Source: a virus. From it: DNA of 64,000 nt. Both the position numbers and the translations under genes were made by a program. The DNA is taken from positions 18,576 to 82,575 of the IMG/VR virus record IMGVR_UViG_3300028883_000005. The stretch is one strand, 5' to 3'. The notes beneath the pieces are model-generated. The model saw nothing but the letters and a program-made list of their open reading frames with translations. It was not told where the DNA came from and did not search any database. Every line of letters begins with the position of its first letter. Positions within the stretch are counted from its first letter, which is position 1. Shown here piece after piece: positions 8,487 through 17,839 of the stretch.

Positions 8487-8858
8487 ATGGTGAAGAATAA
8501 TGAAAGGACACAGGTAATGACCGAGAGAAAGCCCAGAAAAATACCTGAAGAAGAAACTTGGTCGGAGGCTTATAATTGTCATACTTTTATCAAGTCTTCC
8601 ATTCCGGTAGATGTTAGTTGGGCATCCGTAGGGGGAGGCTACCAAATAAAAGTGTGTGGTCAGCTATGCTCTGAAAAACCTTCAGATGTTGAAGAGGGGA
8701 AGATTTTAGCTTTGCTCAAAGCTCGTCGTTTAGCTAAAGCTTCCCTAGATAACCTAAACAAAGAATTAGAAGGTCTGTATAGAAAAGGACCTAAAAGATA
8801 TATGGAGTTATATAATAAAATGCTCGAAGGAGAGATTAAATGGGAGAAGCAGAGATGA
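8487..8858 (+). CDS. Hypothetical protein
   Basis: ORF packed in operon. Confidence 0.65.
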   Translation: MVKNNERTQVMTERKPRKIPEEETWSEAYNCHTFIKSSIPVDVSWASVGGGYQIKVCGQLCSEKPSDVEEGKILALLKARRLAKASLDNLNKELEGLYRKGPKRYMELYNKMLEGEIKWEKQR

Positions 8859-9034
8859 AGTTATTCCTAGCGGGCAACTTCCCTCTGATGAGCAACATCG
8901 AGAAGGAAAGAGAGATGAAAGATTATGTTTTTTCCAAAGATGCTCCTTATAATCGCCTAGCCAGTTTTTTCTATACTAAAGGAGCAGCAAACTTGGTAGA
9001 GATAAGAAGTGAAGTTTTGGAAGAGACTAAATGA
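8855..9034 (+). CDS. 'FLAG...NRLxSF' mini-module A (59 aa)
   Basis: MKLFLAGN...NRLASFFY; ATGA overlap; paralogous to three other ORFs. Confidence 0.75.
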   Translation: MKLFLAGNFPLMSNIEKEREMKDYVFSKDAPYNRLASFFYTKGAANLVEIRSEVLEETK

Positions 9035-9237
9035 AAGTATTCTTCGCAGCGGTTGGCTACGAGCTAATGGACAGCTTTTTAAACGGAACAAAAGGGCAAC
9101 ATCGAAATATGCTCTTTTCATATTGGGAACTGTCAGGTAGTTCTGGATTTAAACAAAGAAAAATAAACTGGGAGAATATCACAAATGGAACTCAACAGAT
9201 ACGACCTTCAATGGTGCGTGAGGAGACTTCCAAGTAA
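9031..9237 (+). CDS. 'FLAG...' mini-module B (68 aa)
   Basis: MKVFFAAVG...RNMLFSYW; ATGA overlap with module A. Confidence 0.7.
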   Translation: MKVFFAAVGYELMDSFLNGTKGQHRNMLFSYWELSGSSGFKQRKINWENITNGTQQIRPSMVREETSK

Positions 9238-9874
9238 CCTACGAAAGTTAATGAAGAAAGAAGAAATCACAGTAGGTGGAGGGTTCATTAGGTCCTGTAT
9301 ATTTAATGAAAAGCCCAACGATATCGACTTGTTTGTCCCAGATAAAGATTGGGCTAAAGAGCTGGCTTTGTTCCTAAGTGAGTACACTCCTGGGCGTTTA
9401 GTGCATACTCCTAATGCCATCACTATCCGTGGCCCGCGCCCGCACGTTCAATTTATCACCAGATGGCTCTACGAAGAACCTCAAGATGTGATTCCTTCCT
9501 TCGACTTCACCCTTTGTCAAGCTATCTTCTGGTGGGATCACTATTGCGGAAAATGGAAGTCTCTGGTTTCAGACGAGTTTTATCCTGCTTTAGCGGCTAA
9601 GAGGCTGGAGTACACAAACCCAGACAGAAACGAGGATGCCGGAGGCAGCTTATTGAGGGTCCTTAAATACTACCAAAAAGGATTCCGCATCACTATACCT
9701 TCTTTCTCTGACGTAATGACCAGATTGATCCGAGATATCGATTTTGATGAAATTAATAGAAATGTGAACAACTTTCCTGGACAGACACGAGAAGAGCGAA
9801 TTAGTTGGATAATTAGAGGACTGCTCAGGGAGGTAGATCCTAACATTGACCCCGATCACATAGTAGGAGAATAA
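9185..9874 (+). CDS. Nucleotidyltransferase (poly(A) polymerase/CCA head-domain-like)
   Basis: GGGFIRS, NDIDLF, FDFTLCQ, RVLKYYQKGF. Confidence 0.75.
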   Translation: MELNRYDLQWCVRRLPSNLRKLMKKEEITVGGGFIRSCIFNEKPNDIDLFVPDKDWAKELALFLSEYTPGRLVHTPNAITIRGPRPHVQFITRWLYEEPQDVIPSFDFTLCQAIFWWDHYCGKWKSLVSDEFYPALAAKRLEYTNPDRNEDAGGSLLRVLKYYQKGFRITIPSFSDVMTRLIRDIDFDEINRNVNNFPGQTREERISWIIRGLLREVDPNIDPDHIVGE

Positions 9875-9875
9875 A

Positions 9876-10184
9876 ATGAGCGACGGCAGGTTCGAAGGCG
9901 ATAGTATTGAAGAGATTGTTTGTTTAGTAGGTCAACTAAACGACGAGATTTTTAATCAAACTGGCCGTGATCATGGTTGTGCTTATAGACCGTTGGTAGC
10001 TCATTTTGACGGTGACGATTGTGCGTCAACCGCCTCAGTTTACTTAATCGACATTTGTATCTGGAACTCCGATTGTAACAATAGAGGATTCGATGAGAGC
10101 TTTAATGTATACCAGCCCCTCAAGGAGTTTCTCATTCAAGAAATAAATAGAGTAGTATCTGAATTAAAAGAAATCAAACTTTAA
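9876..10184 (+). CDS. Hypothetical protein
   Basis: RBS AGGAG; operon packing. Confidence 0.7.
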   Translation: MSDGRFEGDSIEEIVCLVGQLNDEIFNQTGRDHGCAYRPLVAHFDGDDCASTASVYLIDICIWNSDCNNRGFDESFNVYQPLKEFLIQEINRVVSELKEIKL

Positions 10185-10201
10185 ATCTAGGGAGAATAAA
10201 A

Positions 10202-11221
10202 ATGATTATGCAAAAGAAAGAGTTCCTTAAAGTGATGCAACTTCTAAAGCCTGGGCTAGCTAAGAAGGACATCATCGAAGAGTTTGTCCATTACCTTTTC
10301 ACAGGAGATGATGTGATTACATTTAATGATGAAATTTGCATCTCCCACCCCTTCAAAACAGATTTCAAATGCTCCTGCCGTGCTGAAGAGCTTTTCAAAA
10401 CGGTAAACGGGATCAAAGAGGAAACTTTGGAGGTTGGAATAGCAGAAGCCGGAAACTGCATCGAAATCAAATCTGCAGGCACACGAGCTCGACTTGCTGT
10501 GTCTTCCGAAGATAAGGCTTCGCAGCTAATCTCTGTACTCAACTTGGAAGAGGTGTGTAAAAACATGACTCCTCTTCCTAAAGACTTTGTCCGCGCTCTG
10601 TACCTTTGCATGTTCTCTGCCTCTAAGGACATGACTAAAGGTATATACACTTGTGTAAAAGTAGATTCAGATTCTGTTTACAGTTCTGACGGAGTGAGGA
10701 TTAGTAAGTATAACTTAGAAGAGCATACAGACTTGTCCACTCTAATACCTGCCAGAAATATTGAGCATTTAGTTCGTTTTCCAGTGATAGAGTTTCGCCT
10801 TACAGACAGCTGGTGTCATTTTAGAACTGAAGAAGGCGTGGTGTTTAGTACTAGGGTGATGGAGGGCGAGTACCCCTCTCTTGATCAGTATTTTACTATT
10901 GAGGGAAAGAGAGTGAGGCTTCCTTCAGAGATAAAATCTCTGGTGTCCAGTGTTTCTTTCATGTCTGATGATAAGGTTATCAAAGACAAAACGGTCACTA
11001 TGGTAATAAGTAGTGGCCAGATAACCTGTAAGGCAGAAAAGAAAGACATAGGTATGGTAGAAAGAGACTTCGATTTTGAATATGCACAAGAAGGGTTTGA
11101 GATTCAGATTAATCCTATATTCCTAAACGAAGTCTTGGAAAAAGCTACTATTATGAGAGTGAACAAAAATGCAGCTATGTTCACTTCGGGGACCTTTAAC
11201 CACATTATTTCTTTGCAATAA
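10202..11221 (+). CDS. DNA sliding clamp (Pol III beta-like)
   Basis: 339 aa; SSDGVRI, RVMEGEYP, INPIFLNEVL segments resemble beta clamp; replication context. Confidence 0.75.
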   Translation: MIMQKKEFLKVMQLLKPGLAKKDIIEEFVHYLFTGDDVITFNDEICISHPFKTDFKCSCRAEELFKTVNGIKEETLEVGIAEAGNCIEIKSAGTRARLAVSSEDKASQLISVLNLEEVCKNMTPLPKDFVRALYLCMFSASKDMTKGIYTCVKVDSDSVYSSDGVRISKYNLEEHTDLSTLIPARNIEHLVRFPVIEFRLTDSWCHFRTEEGVVFSTRVMEGEYPSLDQYFTIEGKRVRLPSEIKSLVSSVSFMSDDKVIKDKTVTMVISSGQITCKAEKKDIGMVERDFDFEYAQEGFEIQINPIFLNEVLEKATIMRVNKNAAMFTSGTFNHIISLQ

Positions 11222-11259
11222 TGTGCTGAAGCTTATGCAAAAGGACAAAAATCCTTCGT

Positions 11260-11313
11260 GCTCTAAGCGCGAATTCTGCACGAACTTTATGTAGTCAATG
11301 CATTAGTATACAT
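11260..11313 (+). repeat. Dispersed motif copy 1 (GCTCTAAGC..GAATTCTGCA-N16-AATGC)
   Basis: Intergenic; matches copies at 30684, 35799 and (reverse) 26312. Confidence 0.8.
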
Positions 11314-11398
11314 TTGAAAGCTGCCAGCTATGAAATCTTTAATTAGTGGAAAAAGAGGCGGAGGGAATTAAGAAAAGGATAAAAGGGAGGTTCAAAGA

Positions 11399-11893
11399 AT
11401 GGTCGATTTTAAAAGAATACTTAGAGAAAGAGGTCTAAAAGCAGAGGCAGATTTCGCTCCTAAATCTCACAGACCAGACTCTCAAGGGGTATGTGTACAA
11501 TGCGGCTCCGTTTTGGATTTGAGTGATGCCCCTTCAGAATGCCCCGGACCTTACGAGTTTAAATGCACAGGAATCCGAACCAGCTGCATATATCCTGCCT
11601 TGGTGCATTCCCGCATAGCAGATCGTAAATTTGTAGAATTAGATTTAGAACTTAGATTCCTGATGGACGAGTGGTGGATTAATATCTTAAATGGGGTTAC
11701 GGGATTTGAGAGCTGCTCTGTAAAGGATTTTACAACAGGAATGTACCAAGGCAGGAAGGGATGGACCGCCTGTGCAGGAACTACTGGGAGATGGGATTCT
11801 CTTTTTGTTCCTTTTAGCGAGTGCAAAAAGATTTTAAAATGGGTTGAGGGGGTGCTTAAACGAATAAACGGAGATGAGGATGAGGAAAAATGA
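11399..11893 (+). CDS. Hypothetical protein (Cys-containing)
   Basis: RBS GGAGG; ATGA overlap with next gene. Confidence 0.65.
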   Translation: MVDFKRILRERGLKAEADFAPKSHRPDSQGVCVQCGSVLDLSDAPSECPGPYEFKCTGIRTSCIYPALVHSRIADRKFVELDLELRFLMDEWWINILNGVTGFESCSVKDFTTGMYQGRKGWTACAGTTGRWDSLFVPFSECKKILKWVEGVLKRINGDEDEEK

Positions 11894-12324
11894 AAGTTTT
11901 CCTGGCAGGAGTTCCCGCAGGCAATCAAGCTGTTAGGGAGCATCACTTAAAAGCGATGGGTGCCAATAATCGCCTAACTACCTTTTACTATTTGAGGCAG
12001 GCAAAAATAACTATGAAAAAATATAAAGGTCCAGGTAAGGTGGTTCATTGCAAACGGGAACAATTTGATGTTTATATAGGTAGAACAAATACCATGCATC
12101 ATTACGGAAACCCCTTTGTAGTGGGCACTCACGGAGATGCTTTTAAATGTGTATCTAATTATAGAAGATGGCTAACTACAAATGCATACCCACACTTAGA
12201 ACCAGAGAGGAAAGCCTGGATACTATCTAGGGTCAAAACCCTCAAAAACAAAAGGCTGGGCTGCTTCTGTACTAAGCCGCCCTGTCACGGATTTATTCTT
12301 TTAGAGTTGGCGGAGAAGTCATAA
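11890..12324 (+). CDS. 'FLAG...' mini-module C fused to DUF4326-like domain
   Basis: N-term MKVFLAGV...NNRLTTFYY; C-term VVHCK..DVYIGR..YGNPF..LGCFC..PCHG. Confidence 0.8.
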   Translation: MKVFLAGVPAGNQAVREHHLKAMGANNRLTTFYYLRQAKITMKKYKGPGKVVHCKREQFDVYIGRTNTMHHYGNPFVVGTHGDAFKCVSNYRRWLTTNAYPHLEPERKAWILSRVKTLKNKRLGCFCTKPPCHGFILLELAEKS

Positions 12325-15008
12325 TGGCACTTAAAGGTTTTTTCCAAATAGAATCTACTGAACCTAGAAGGAATGCTAATAAAGAGCTTTTGGATAAAAG
12401 ATATAACCATCCTGGCGATCCGGATTGCTCTAGCTGTGGATTAGATAAAAAAGGATGCAAAAGGCCCAGGATACCTGTAACAGGAAATGGTAGAAGAAAC
12501 ATTCTAGGGATAGCAGAAGCTCCTGGGGCCACCGAAGACACACTAGGGAAGAATTTAGTGGGGGAGGCTGGTCAGTTTCTGGAAAAAAGTCTTAAACCTC
12601 TTGGGATTGATCTTCATAGAGACCTTTACTTAATAAATTCTGTAAATTGCCGTCCTCCTGAGAATAGAAAGCCTACAGATCATGAGTGCCTGTGTTGTCG
12701 TCCTTTATTGCTTAAAACCATCGAAGAGATAAAACCAGATCATATATGGTTATTTGGAGGAACTTCGGTAAGTACTTACATTAGAGATAGATTCAAAAAC
12801 ACAACAATCAGCAGATGGGTAAATTTACCCTTCCCTGACCCTGAAAATGGAGCTTGGGTTACTGCTCAATATCATCCTTCTTTTGTGATGAGAGGAAAAA
12901 ACGATAATCTCAGAGCTATAAACCAGATATATCTCAAAAAAGCAGTAGGCCGTCTATCTTGGAATCCTTACGAGTTTCCTGACTTTGACAGTCAGGTTAC
13001 TATTTTATTAGAATTTAAAAAAATAATCTTCCATCTTAAAAGGATACTTAGAACTAAGCCTTCGATAACTATTGATTATGAATCCACAGGTGTGAAGCCA
13101 TATAAGATTGGTCATAAGATCTATTGTGTAAGTATAGATGATGGAGATCAAAGCTATGTGATTCCTTTGCAAAGGCCTGGGTATTGGAAAGAGGAAGAAT
13201 GGTCAGAAATTCATCGTTTATATGTAGAAATTTTGGAAGATCCTAAAATATTAAAAACAGCTCAAGGTAGAAATTTCGAGGACTCCTGGTCATCTGTTGT
13301 TTTAGGTGCAGATGTTAAAGGTTGGGATTGGTGCACTATGACAGCCTCACATCTTATAGATAGCAGAGAGAAATTCACAGGTCTGAAATTTCAAGCTTTC
13401 TTAAGATTTGGAATAACAGGTTATGAGGAAGAGATTGCACCATATCTGAAGTCGGATAAAGGAGAGGAATTTAACAATATTCATAATGCCCCTCCCGAAA
13501 AGCTACATCACTATTGTGGACTAGATACAGTAAATACCAGAGAGCTGAAAAAATGGCAAAAATCCTTTTTTGATAGGCACCCAAAACTCGAAGCTGCCAG
13601 ACAATTCACGATGGATGGTTTGGAAGCTCTAATGAGTGTGCAAAATGAAGGAATCGTAGCAGACAGGGCTTATTACGACGAGCAAAATGCTTTTCTAGGG
13701 GATGAGATAGAAAAATTAACATTACAGATTTATCAGTCTAAGGAGGCAGAAAAGTTTAAAAAGAGAACAGGAAAGTCCTTTAACTATAAATCTTCTCAAG
13801 ACTTACAAATTCTGTTTTTTGATATTTTAGGGTATACACCAAAAAAGTTCACCAATAAAGATGAAACCAATGCATCGGTAGATGCTGAAGTTGTGAGTTC
13901 TATTAATTCACCTATAGCTAAAAAAATTCTTCGTGTAAAGAAGCTCTACAAAGTAAAAAACACCTACTTGGCACAATTCTTCAGGGAAATTACTGAAGAG
14001 GGCAAGATACACCCTGTTCAGAATCTTCATATAGCTACCACACATAGAGGATCTCAAGATCATCCTAATTTTCAAAACATACCAGTTCGAGATGAGGAGT
14101 CTAAAAAGGTGTGCAGATCTGGTATCGTTGCTTCTTTAGACCCTGAAGAGCCTGTTAGGCTAGGAGAAAAAGATTATGGGTCTCAAGAAGTTAGGATAAT
14201 TGCTTGTTACTCTGAGGACCCTGTTTTAATAGATTATATTAATGATCCTACTACGAACATGCATCGAGATGAGGCGGCGGCCTTATTTATCCTACCTGAA
14301 GAAAGAGTAAGCAAAGATATCAGATTTTATGCCAAAAACTGTTGGGTGTTCCCTCAATTTTATAAAAGCTGGTATGGAAGTTGTGCTAAGGATTTACAAA
14401 AGAACGTTATCATTCCTAATTTAAAAACAGCAGACGGTGAAAAGATACAGGACCACCTTAAGTCTAAAGGAATTTATACAGAGCAGTCTTTCGAGAATCA
14501 TTGTAAAAGGATGGAGAGTGCTTTCTGGGACAAATACAAAGGTGTAAAGAAATGGCAAGATAAAACAATTAAAAAATATCTAGAGCAGGGGTACGTGGGG
14601 ACTTTCTTTGGTCATAGAAGAACAGGTTTCTTGTCCCCTAACGAGATTGTGAATAGCCCTATTCAGGGCACAGCATTCCACTGTTTGCTTTGGACGTTAA
14701 AGAAAGTTAAAGATAGAATTAAGGATTTAGGCTTCCGTAGCCGACCTAACAATCAAATACATGACTCCATTAAAAGCAAAATATATGTTGAAGAGCAAAA
14801 CGAATATATCCAAATGGTAAAAACAATTGCCGAAGATGAAATCAGAGAGCAAAATGGTTGGTTAATTGTACCACTACTATTAGAAATAGAGTTATGTCCT
14901 ATAGGAGGAAACTGGTATCAGAAAGAGGAAGTGTTTTTTGAAGGCGGCACATGGGTAAGTAAAAACAAGGACGGTAGCATTAAGAACGTATACGATGAAA
15001 ATTTCTAA
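12324..15008 (+). CDS. Family A DNA polymerase with N-terminal family-4 uracil-DNA glycosylase domain (SPO1-like)
   Basis: UDG: CxxC, AEAPG..ED, VGEAG, NCRP, YHPS; exo DYEST; pol: PNFQNIP, DYGSQEVR, RFYAK...FPQFY, NSPIQG, QIHDS. Confidence 0.93.
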   Translation: MALKGFFQIESTEPRRNANKELLDKRYNHPGDPDCSSCGLDKKGCKRPRIPVTGNGRRNILGIAEAPGATEDTLGKNLVGEAGQFLEKSLKPLGIDLHRDLYLINSVNCRPPENRKPTDHECLCCRPLLLKTIEEIKPDHIWLFGGTSVSTYIRDRFKNTTISRWVNLPFPDPENGAWVTAQYHPSFVMRGKNDNLRAINQIYLKKAVGRLSWNPYEFPDFDSQVTILLEFKKIIFHLKRILRTKPSITIDYESTGVKPYKIGHKIYCVSIDDGDQSYVIPLQRPGYWKEEEWSEIHRLYVEILEDPKILKTAQGRNFEDSWSSVVLGADVKGWDWCTMTASHLIDSREKFTGLKFQAFLRFGITGYEEEIAPYLKSDKGEEFNNIHNAPPEKLHHYCGLDTVNTRELKKWQKSFFDRHPKLEAARQFTMDGLEALMSVQNEGIVADRAYYDEQNAFLGDEIEKLTLQIYQSKEAEKFKKRTGKSFNYKSSQDLQILFFDILGYTPKKFTNKDETNASVDAEVVSSINSPIAKKILRVKKLYKVKNTYLAQFFREITEEGKIHPVQNLHIATTHRGSQDHPNFQNIPVRDEESKKVCRSGIVASLDPEEPVRLGEKDYGSQEVRIIACYSEDPVLIDYINDPTTNMHRDEAAALFILPEERVSKDIRFYAKNCWVFPQFYKSWYGSCAKDLQKNVIIPNLKTADGEKIQDHLKSKGIYTEQSFENHCKRMESAFWDKYKGVKKWQDKTIKKYLEQGYVGTFFGHRRTGFLSPNEIVNSPIQGTAFHCLLWTLKKVKDRIKDLGFRSRPNNQIHDSIKSKIYVEEQNEYIQMVKTIAEDEIREQNGWLIVPLLLEIELCPIGGNWYQKEEVFFEGGTWVSKNKDGSIKNVYDENF

Positions 15009-15288
15009 GATGATAATCATAGTAGTAACGCTTAGGGAGGAAGACTTTCTAGATAAGGAGCACACCCTCAAGGTTTGGGAAGCGATAAATAAGAGACTGC
15101 CTGAAGTTCCTTGGGAAAGATTTTGGGATCAAAGCAGGATTATAACTGAGTCTATTTTTGAAATTCCTGGCGAGAGGTATACTATACAAATTCCTATGAG
15201 ATGTTTGTTATTTAAAAAGATAAATTGGACTTGGAAACCAGAATGGAAAAAGAGGAAAGAACTCCTACTAAGGAAAATAAAATGGTAA
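14995..15288 (+). CDS. Hypothetical protein
   Basis: Overlapping operon packing. Confidence 0.55.
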   Translation: MKISKMIIIVVTLREEDFLDKEHTLKVWEAINKRLPEVPWERFWDQSRIITESIFEIPGERYTIQIPMRCLLFKKINWTWKPEWKKRKELLLRKIKW

Positions 15289-15536
15289 AGAATGTACCAA
15301 ACCACCCTCATCCTCCCAGAGTTCCTAAACCTCCTAAACCTAAATATCATTTTGGTAGAAGGGCAAAGAGCAAAGATGAGAAGATGTTAGGTTTGCTTAT
15401 TCATGATCTTTGCGTTCTTTCCTCCAGAGTAGATCAAGGTGTTCTATCTTCAGAGATTATTGAGGAAGAAGTAGAACGATATGTAGAGGCTTTTAAAAAT
15501 AGGATGATGGGAAATGAATCTGTTTCTGGCGGGTAA
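15282..15536 (+). CDS. Hypothetical protein with Pro-rich N-terminus
   Basis: Start moved to 15282 after AAGGA; operon packing. Confidence 0.55.
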   Translation: MVKNVPNHPHPPRVPKPPKPKYHFGRRAKSKDEKMLGLLIHDLCVLSSRVDQGVLSSEIIEEEVERYVEAFKNRMMGNESVSGG

Positions 15537-15714
15537 TCCTGGTCATGGCAAAGCAGGAACTTACAGAGAGGAATATTTGATAAACAATAAATGTAACAGA
15601 TTGATTAGTTACTTTTGGTTTGGTGAAGGTAAGGATTTTAATAAATATTTTGAGAGGTGGAAAGATGCCAAAGAAGATACTATTCACAGACACAGAGACT
15701 ACAGGTGTAGATGA
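15514..15714 (+). CDS. 'FLAG...' mini-module D (66 aa)
   Basis: MNLFLAGN...NRLISYFW; paralogous to modules A-C. Confidence 0.72.
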   Translation: MNLFLAGNPGHGKAGTYREEYLINNKCNRLISYFWFGEGKDFNKYFERWKDAKEDTIHRHRDYRCR

Positions 15715-16282
15715 GAAAGATCAGGATGGGTACACACTTCTAGCTCATGAAGTTCACTCTATTATAGAGCTTTCAGGCATTATAGACATAGATGGTAAAA
15801 TGGTGGACAAATTTCAACTCTATGCCAGGCCTAAAGAGGGCGATCCTGTAAGCGCAGAAGCTTTGAATAAAAATGGAAGAACCAAAGAAGAAATAGCCTC
15901 TTTCCCTCCGCAGGTCGAGATGTACAAAAGATTTATTGAGATTTTAGGGAAATGGGTAGACCCTATGGATAAAGAAGATAAATTATGGTTTGTAGCATTC
16001 GGGCCCGGAAGGGGGGCAGGGTTTGATAACGAATTCTTAAGGAGTCTATTTGCCGATCAGGGAGATGTGTATTTCGGATCTTGGTTTTGGGTTCCTTATA
16101 TTGATATTATGCAACTGGCAGGCATTGTTTTGATGGAAAGTGGAGGAAGAGAGCTCATGCCTAATATGAAATTAGCATCTTTGGCTTATCAATTAGGCAT
16201 ACAAACCAAAGAGGAAAACTTTCACGACGGCCTGTATGATAGTAGAATTATGAGGATGATTTATTATAAATTGATGAGCTAA
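15665..16282 (+). CDS. DEDDh 3'-5' exonuclease (DnaQ/epsilon-like)
   Basis: FTDTETTG, AGFDNEFL, FHDGLYD. Confidence 0.88.
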   Translation: MPKKILFTDTETTGVDEKDQDGYTLLAHEVHSIIELSGIIDIDGKMVDKFQLYARPKEGDPVSAEALNKNGRTKEEIASFPPQVEMYKRFIEILGKWVDPMDKEDKLWFVAFGPGRGAGFDNEFLRSLFADQGDVYFGSWFWVPYIDIMQLAGIVLMESGGRELMPNMKLASLAYQLGIQTKEENFHDGLYDSRIMRMIYYKLMS

Positions 16283-16297
16283 ACAAGTATTAAATTT

Positions 16298-16330
16298 TAT
16301 CGTTTATTTCCATTAATTTTGTGTTATATT
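16298..16330 (+). promoter_or_regulatory. Promoter P3, TATC-GTTTAT-N17-TATATT with extended -10 TG
   Basis: Same layout as P1, P2, P4. Confidence 0.68.
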
Positions 16331-16364
16331 CCTATTAAAATGAAACACTTACAGGAGCAGCTAA

Positions 16365-17312
16365 ATGGACCTTGCAGAGAAATATCGACCTAAGACCTTA
16401 GACGAAGTGGTAAACCAGGATCCTGTGGTTAACAGTTTAAAATCTGTATTAGCAAGGCCTTTGGATAAAATACCACATGCCTTCCTTTTTTGCGGCCATC
16501 ATGGATGTGGTAAAACTACTATAGCTTATATTGTGAAAGACATGATGGGGTGCGGTGATATGAATTTTGAGTATTACAACACCTCAAACACGAGAGGTAT
16601 AGATACTATTAGAGATTTGGACAAAACATGCAGATTCAAGCCTCTCGTAGCTGAAGGAGAGAAAGTTATAAAGTTTTACATTTTAGATGAGTGTCACGAG
16701 CTCACCAAAAATGCACAAAACGCCCTGTTGGCTCTATTAGAGAAGCCTCCGGCTCATGTTTACTTTGCTCTATGTACAACCGATCCTGGACAGTTGTTAG
16801 ATACAATACGATCCAGATGTCATACCTACACACTTCAATCTTTCAACAGAGTTCGTCTTGTGTATCTCCTCAAAACAATCTGCAATAAGGAAGGAATCGA
16901 CTACCCAAAAGACATCTACAGAAGAATAGCAGATTCCAGTGAGTACTCTGCTAGAAACGCTTTGAAAATCCTAGATGCTGTGATAGACATCGAAGATGTA
17001 GAGGCAGTTCGAGACTCTATCCAAACCGCAGCAGTGGAGCATAAAGAGGTGATTGATATTTGTAGGATAATGCTCGAAAGTCAATATACTTCCTGGTCGG
17101 ACCTTTGCTCCCTTCTTCGCAGTATAGATGCAAAACCAGAAAAGATTAGGTTAAGCATTCTAGGATATTTAGGATCCGTAGCTATGAACTCAAAATCCTA
17201 CCCAGGAAAGCTCATTTCTATGTGTTCCCTTTTCTCTGAAAGTGTAATGTACAGCGGGCTGGGCGGTTTAATATCTTTAATAGGGTTGGCATTTAATATA
17301 AAGGACGAATAA
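16365..17312 (+). CDS. Clamp loader AAA+ ATPase (DnaX gamma/tau-like)
   Basis: KYRP, GHHGCGKTT, ILDECH, AQNALL..LEKPP, TIRSRC. Confidence 0.92.
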   Translation: MDLAEKYRPKTLDEVVNQDPVVNSLKSVLARPLDKIPHAFLFCGHHGCGKTTIAYIVKDMMGCGDMNFEYYNTSNTRGIDTIRDLDKTCRFKPLVAEGEKVIKFYILDECHELTKNAQNALLALLEKPPAHVYFALCTTDPGQLLDTIRSRCHTYTLQSFNRVRLVYLLKTICNKEGIDYPKDIYRRIADSSEYSARNALKILDAVIDIEDVEAVRDSIQTAAVEHKEVIDICRIMLESQYTSWSDLCSLLRSIDAKPEKIRLSILGYLGSVAMNSKSYPGKLISMCSLFSESVMYSGLGGLISLIGLAFNIKDE

Positions 17313-17839
17313 TGAAAGTTTATGAAGATTATGATGAGAGTAAAAATCGAGATCTGGTTCGTGTAGATCTAGATAATTTGGATATAGAACTTAGAAACCA
17401 TAGTTTGGTCACTTATGATTATGGTGTGTACCTAGCATATGCCAACAAAAATTACTCTGTAGCTAAAGCAAAAGCAGAGAGGAGAAGAAAGGAGTTATCT
17501 TCTGAGGTTAGGGCCGATCCTTCAGAGTATGGGTTGTCTCCGCCAAATTTGAAGGATGCAATAGATGAATGGGTTTCTTCAAACAAAGAAGTGATAGAAT
17601 TGGAAGACGATGTTATCGAGAAAAAACTTATTGTAGATAAGCTCGTTTCGGCTTGCAATTCTCTGCAAACAAAAAGCAATGACATTGGCAGGGGGCTGAA
17701 GCTCCTGCTGAGAAATTACTACATGGACAACCCCGTTCCAGACGATGTCAAGAAGCGATTTGAAAGTATGGATTACGAGGAAGTCTATGAGAATTTAGCT
17801 AAAATTATGGAGAAAAGGAGGAAAACAAATGAAGTTTAA
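17312..17839 (+). CDS. UvsY-like recombination mediator
   Basis: Helical protein, VDLDNLDIEL N-terminus; position before SSB and RecA. Confidence 0.55.
   Translation: MKVYEDYDESKNRDLVRVDLDNLDIELRNHSLVTYDYGVYLAYANKNYSVAKAKAERRRKELSSEVRADPSEYGLSPPNLKDAIDEWVSSNKEVIELEDDVIEKKLIVDKLVSACNSLQTKSNDIGRGLKLLLRNYYMDNPVPDDVKKRFESMDYEEVYENLAKIMEKRRKTNEV

Noticed and set aside
12324-15008. Intein or intron in the polymerase
   Set aside because: Length is explained by UDG, exonuclease and polymerase domains; no intein or homing motifs seen
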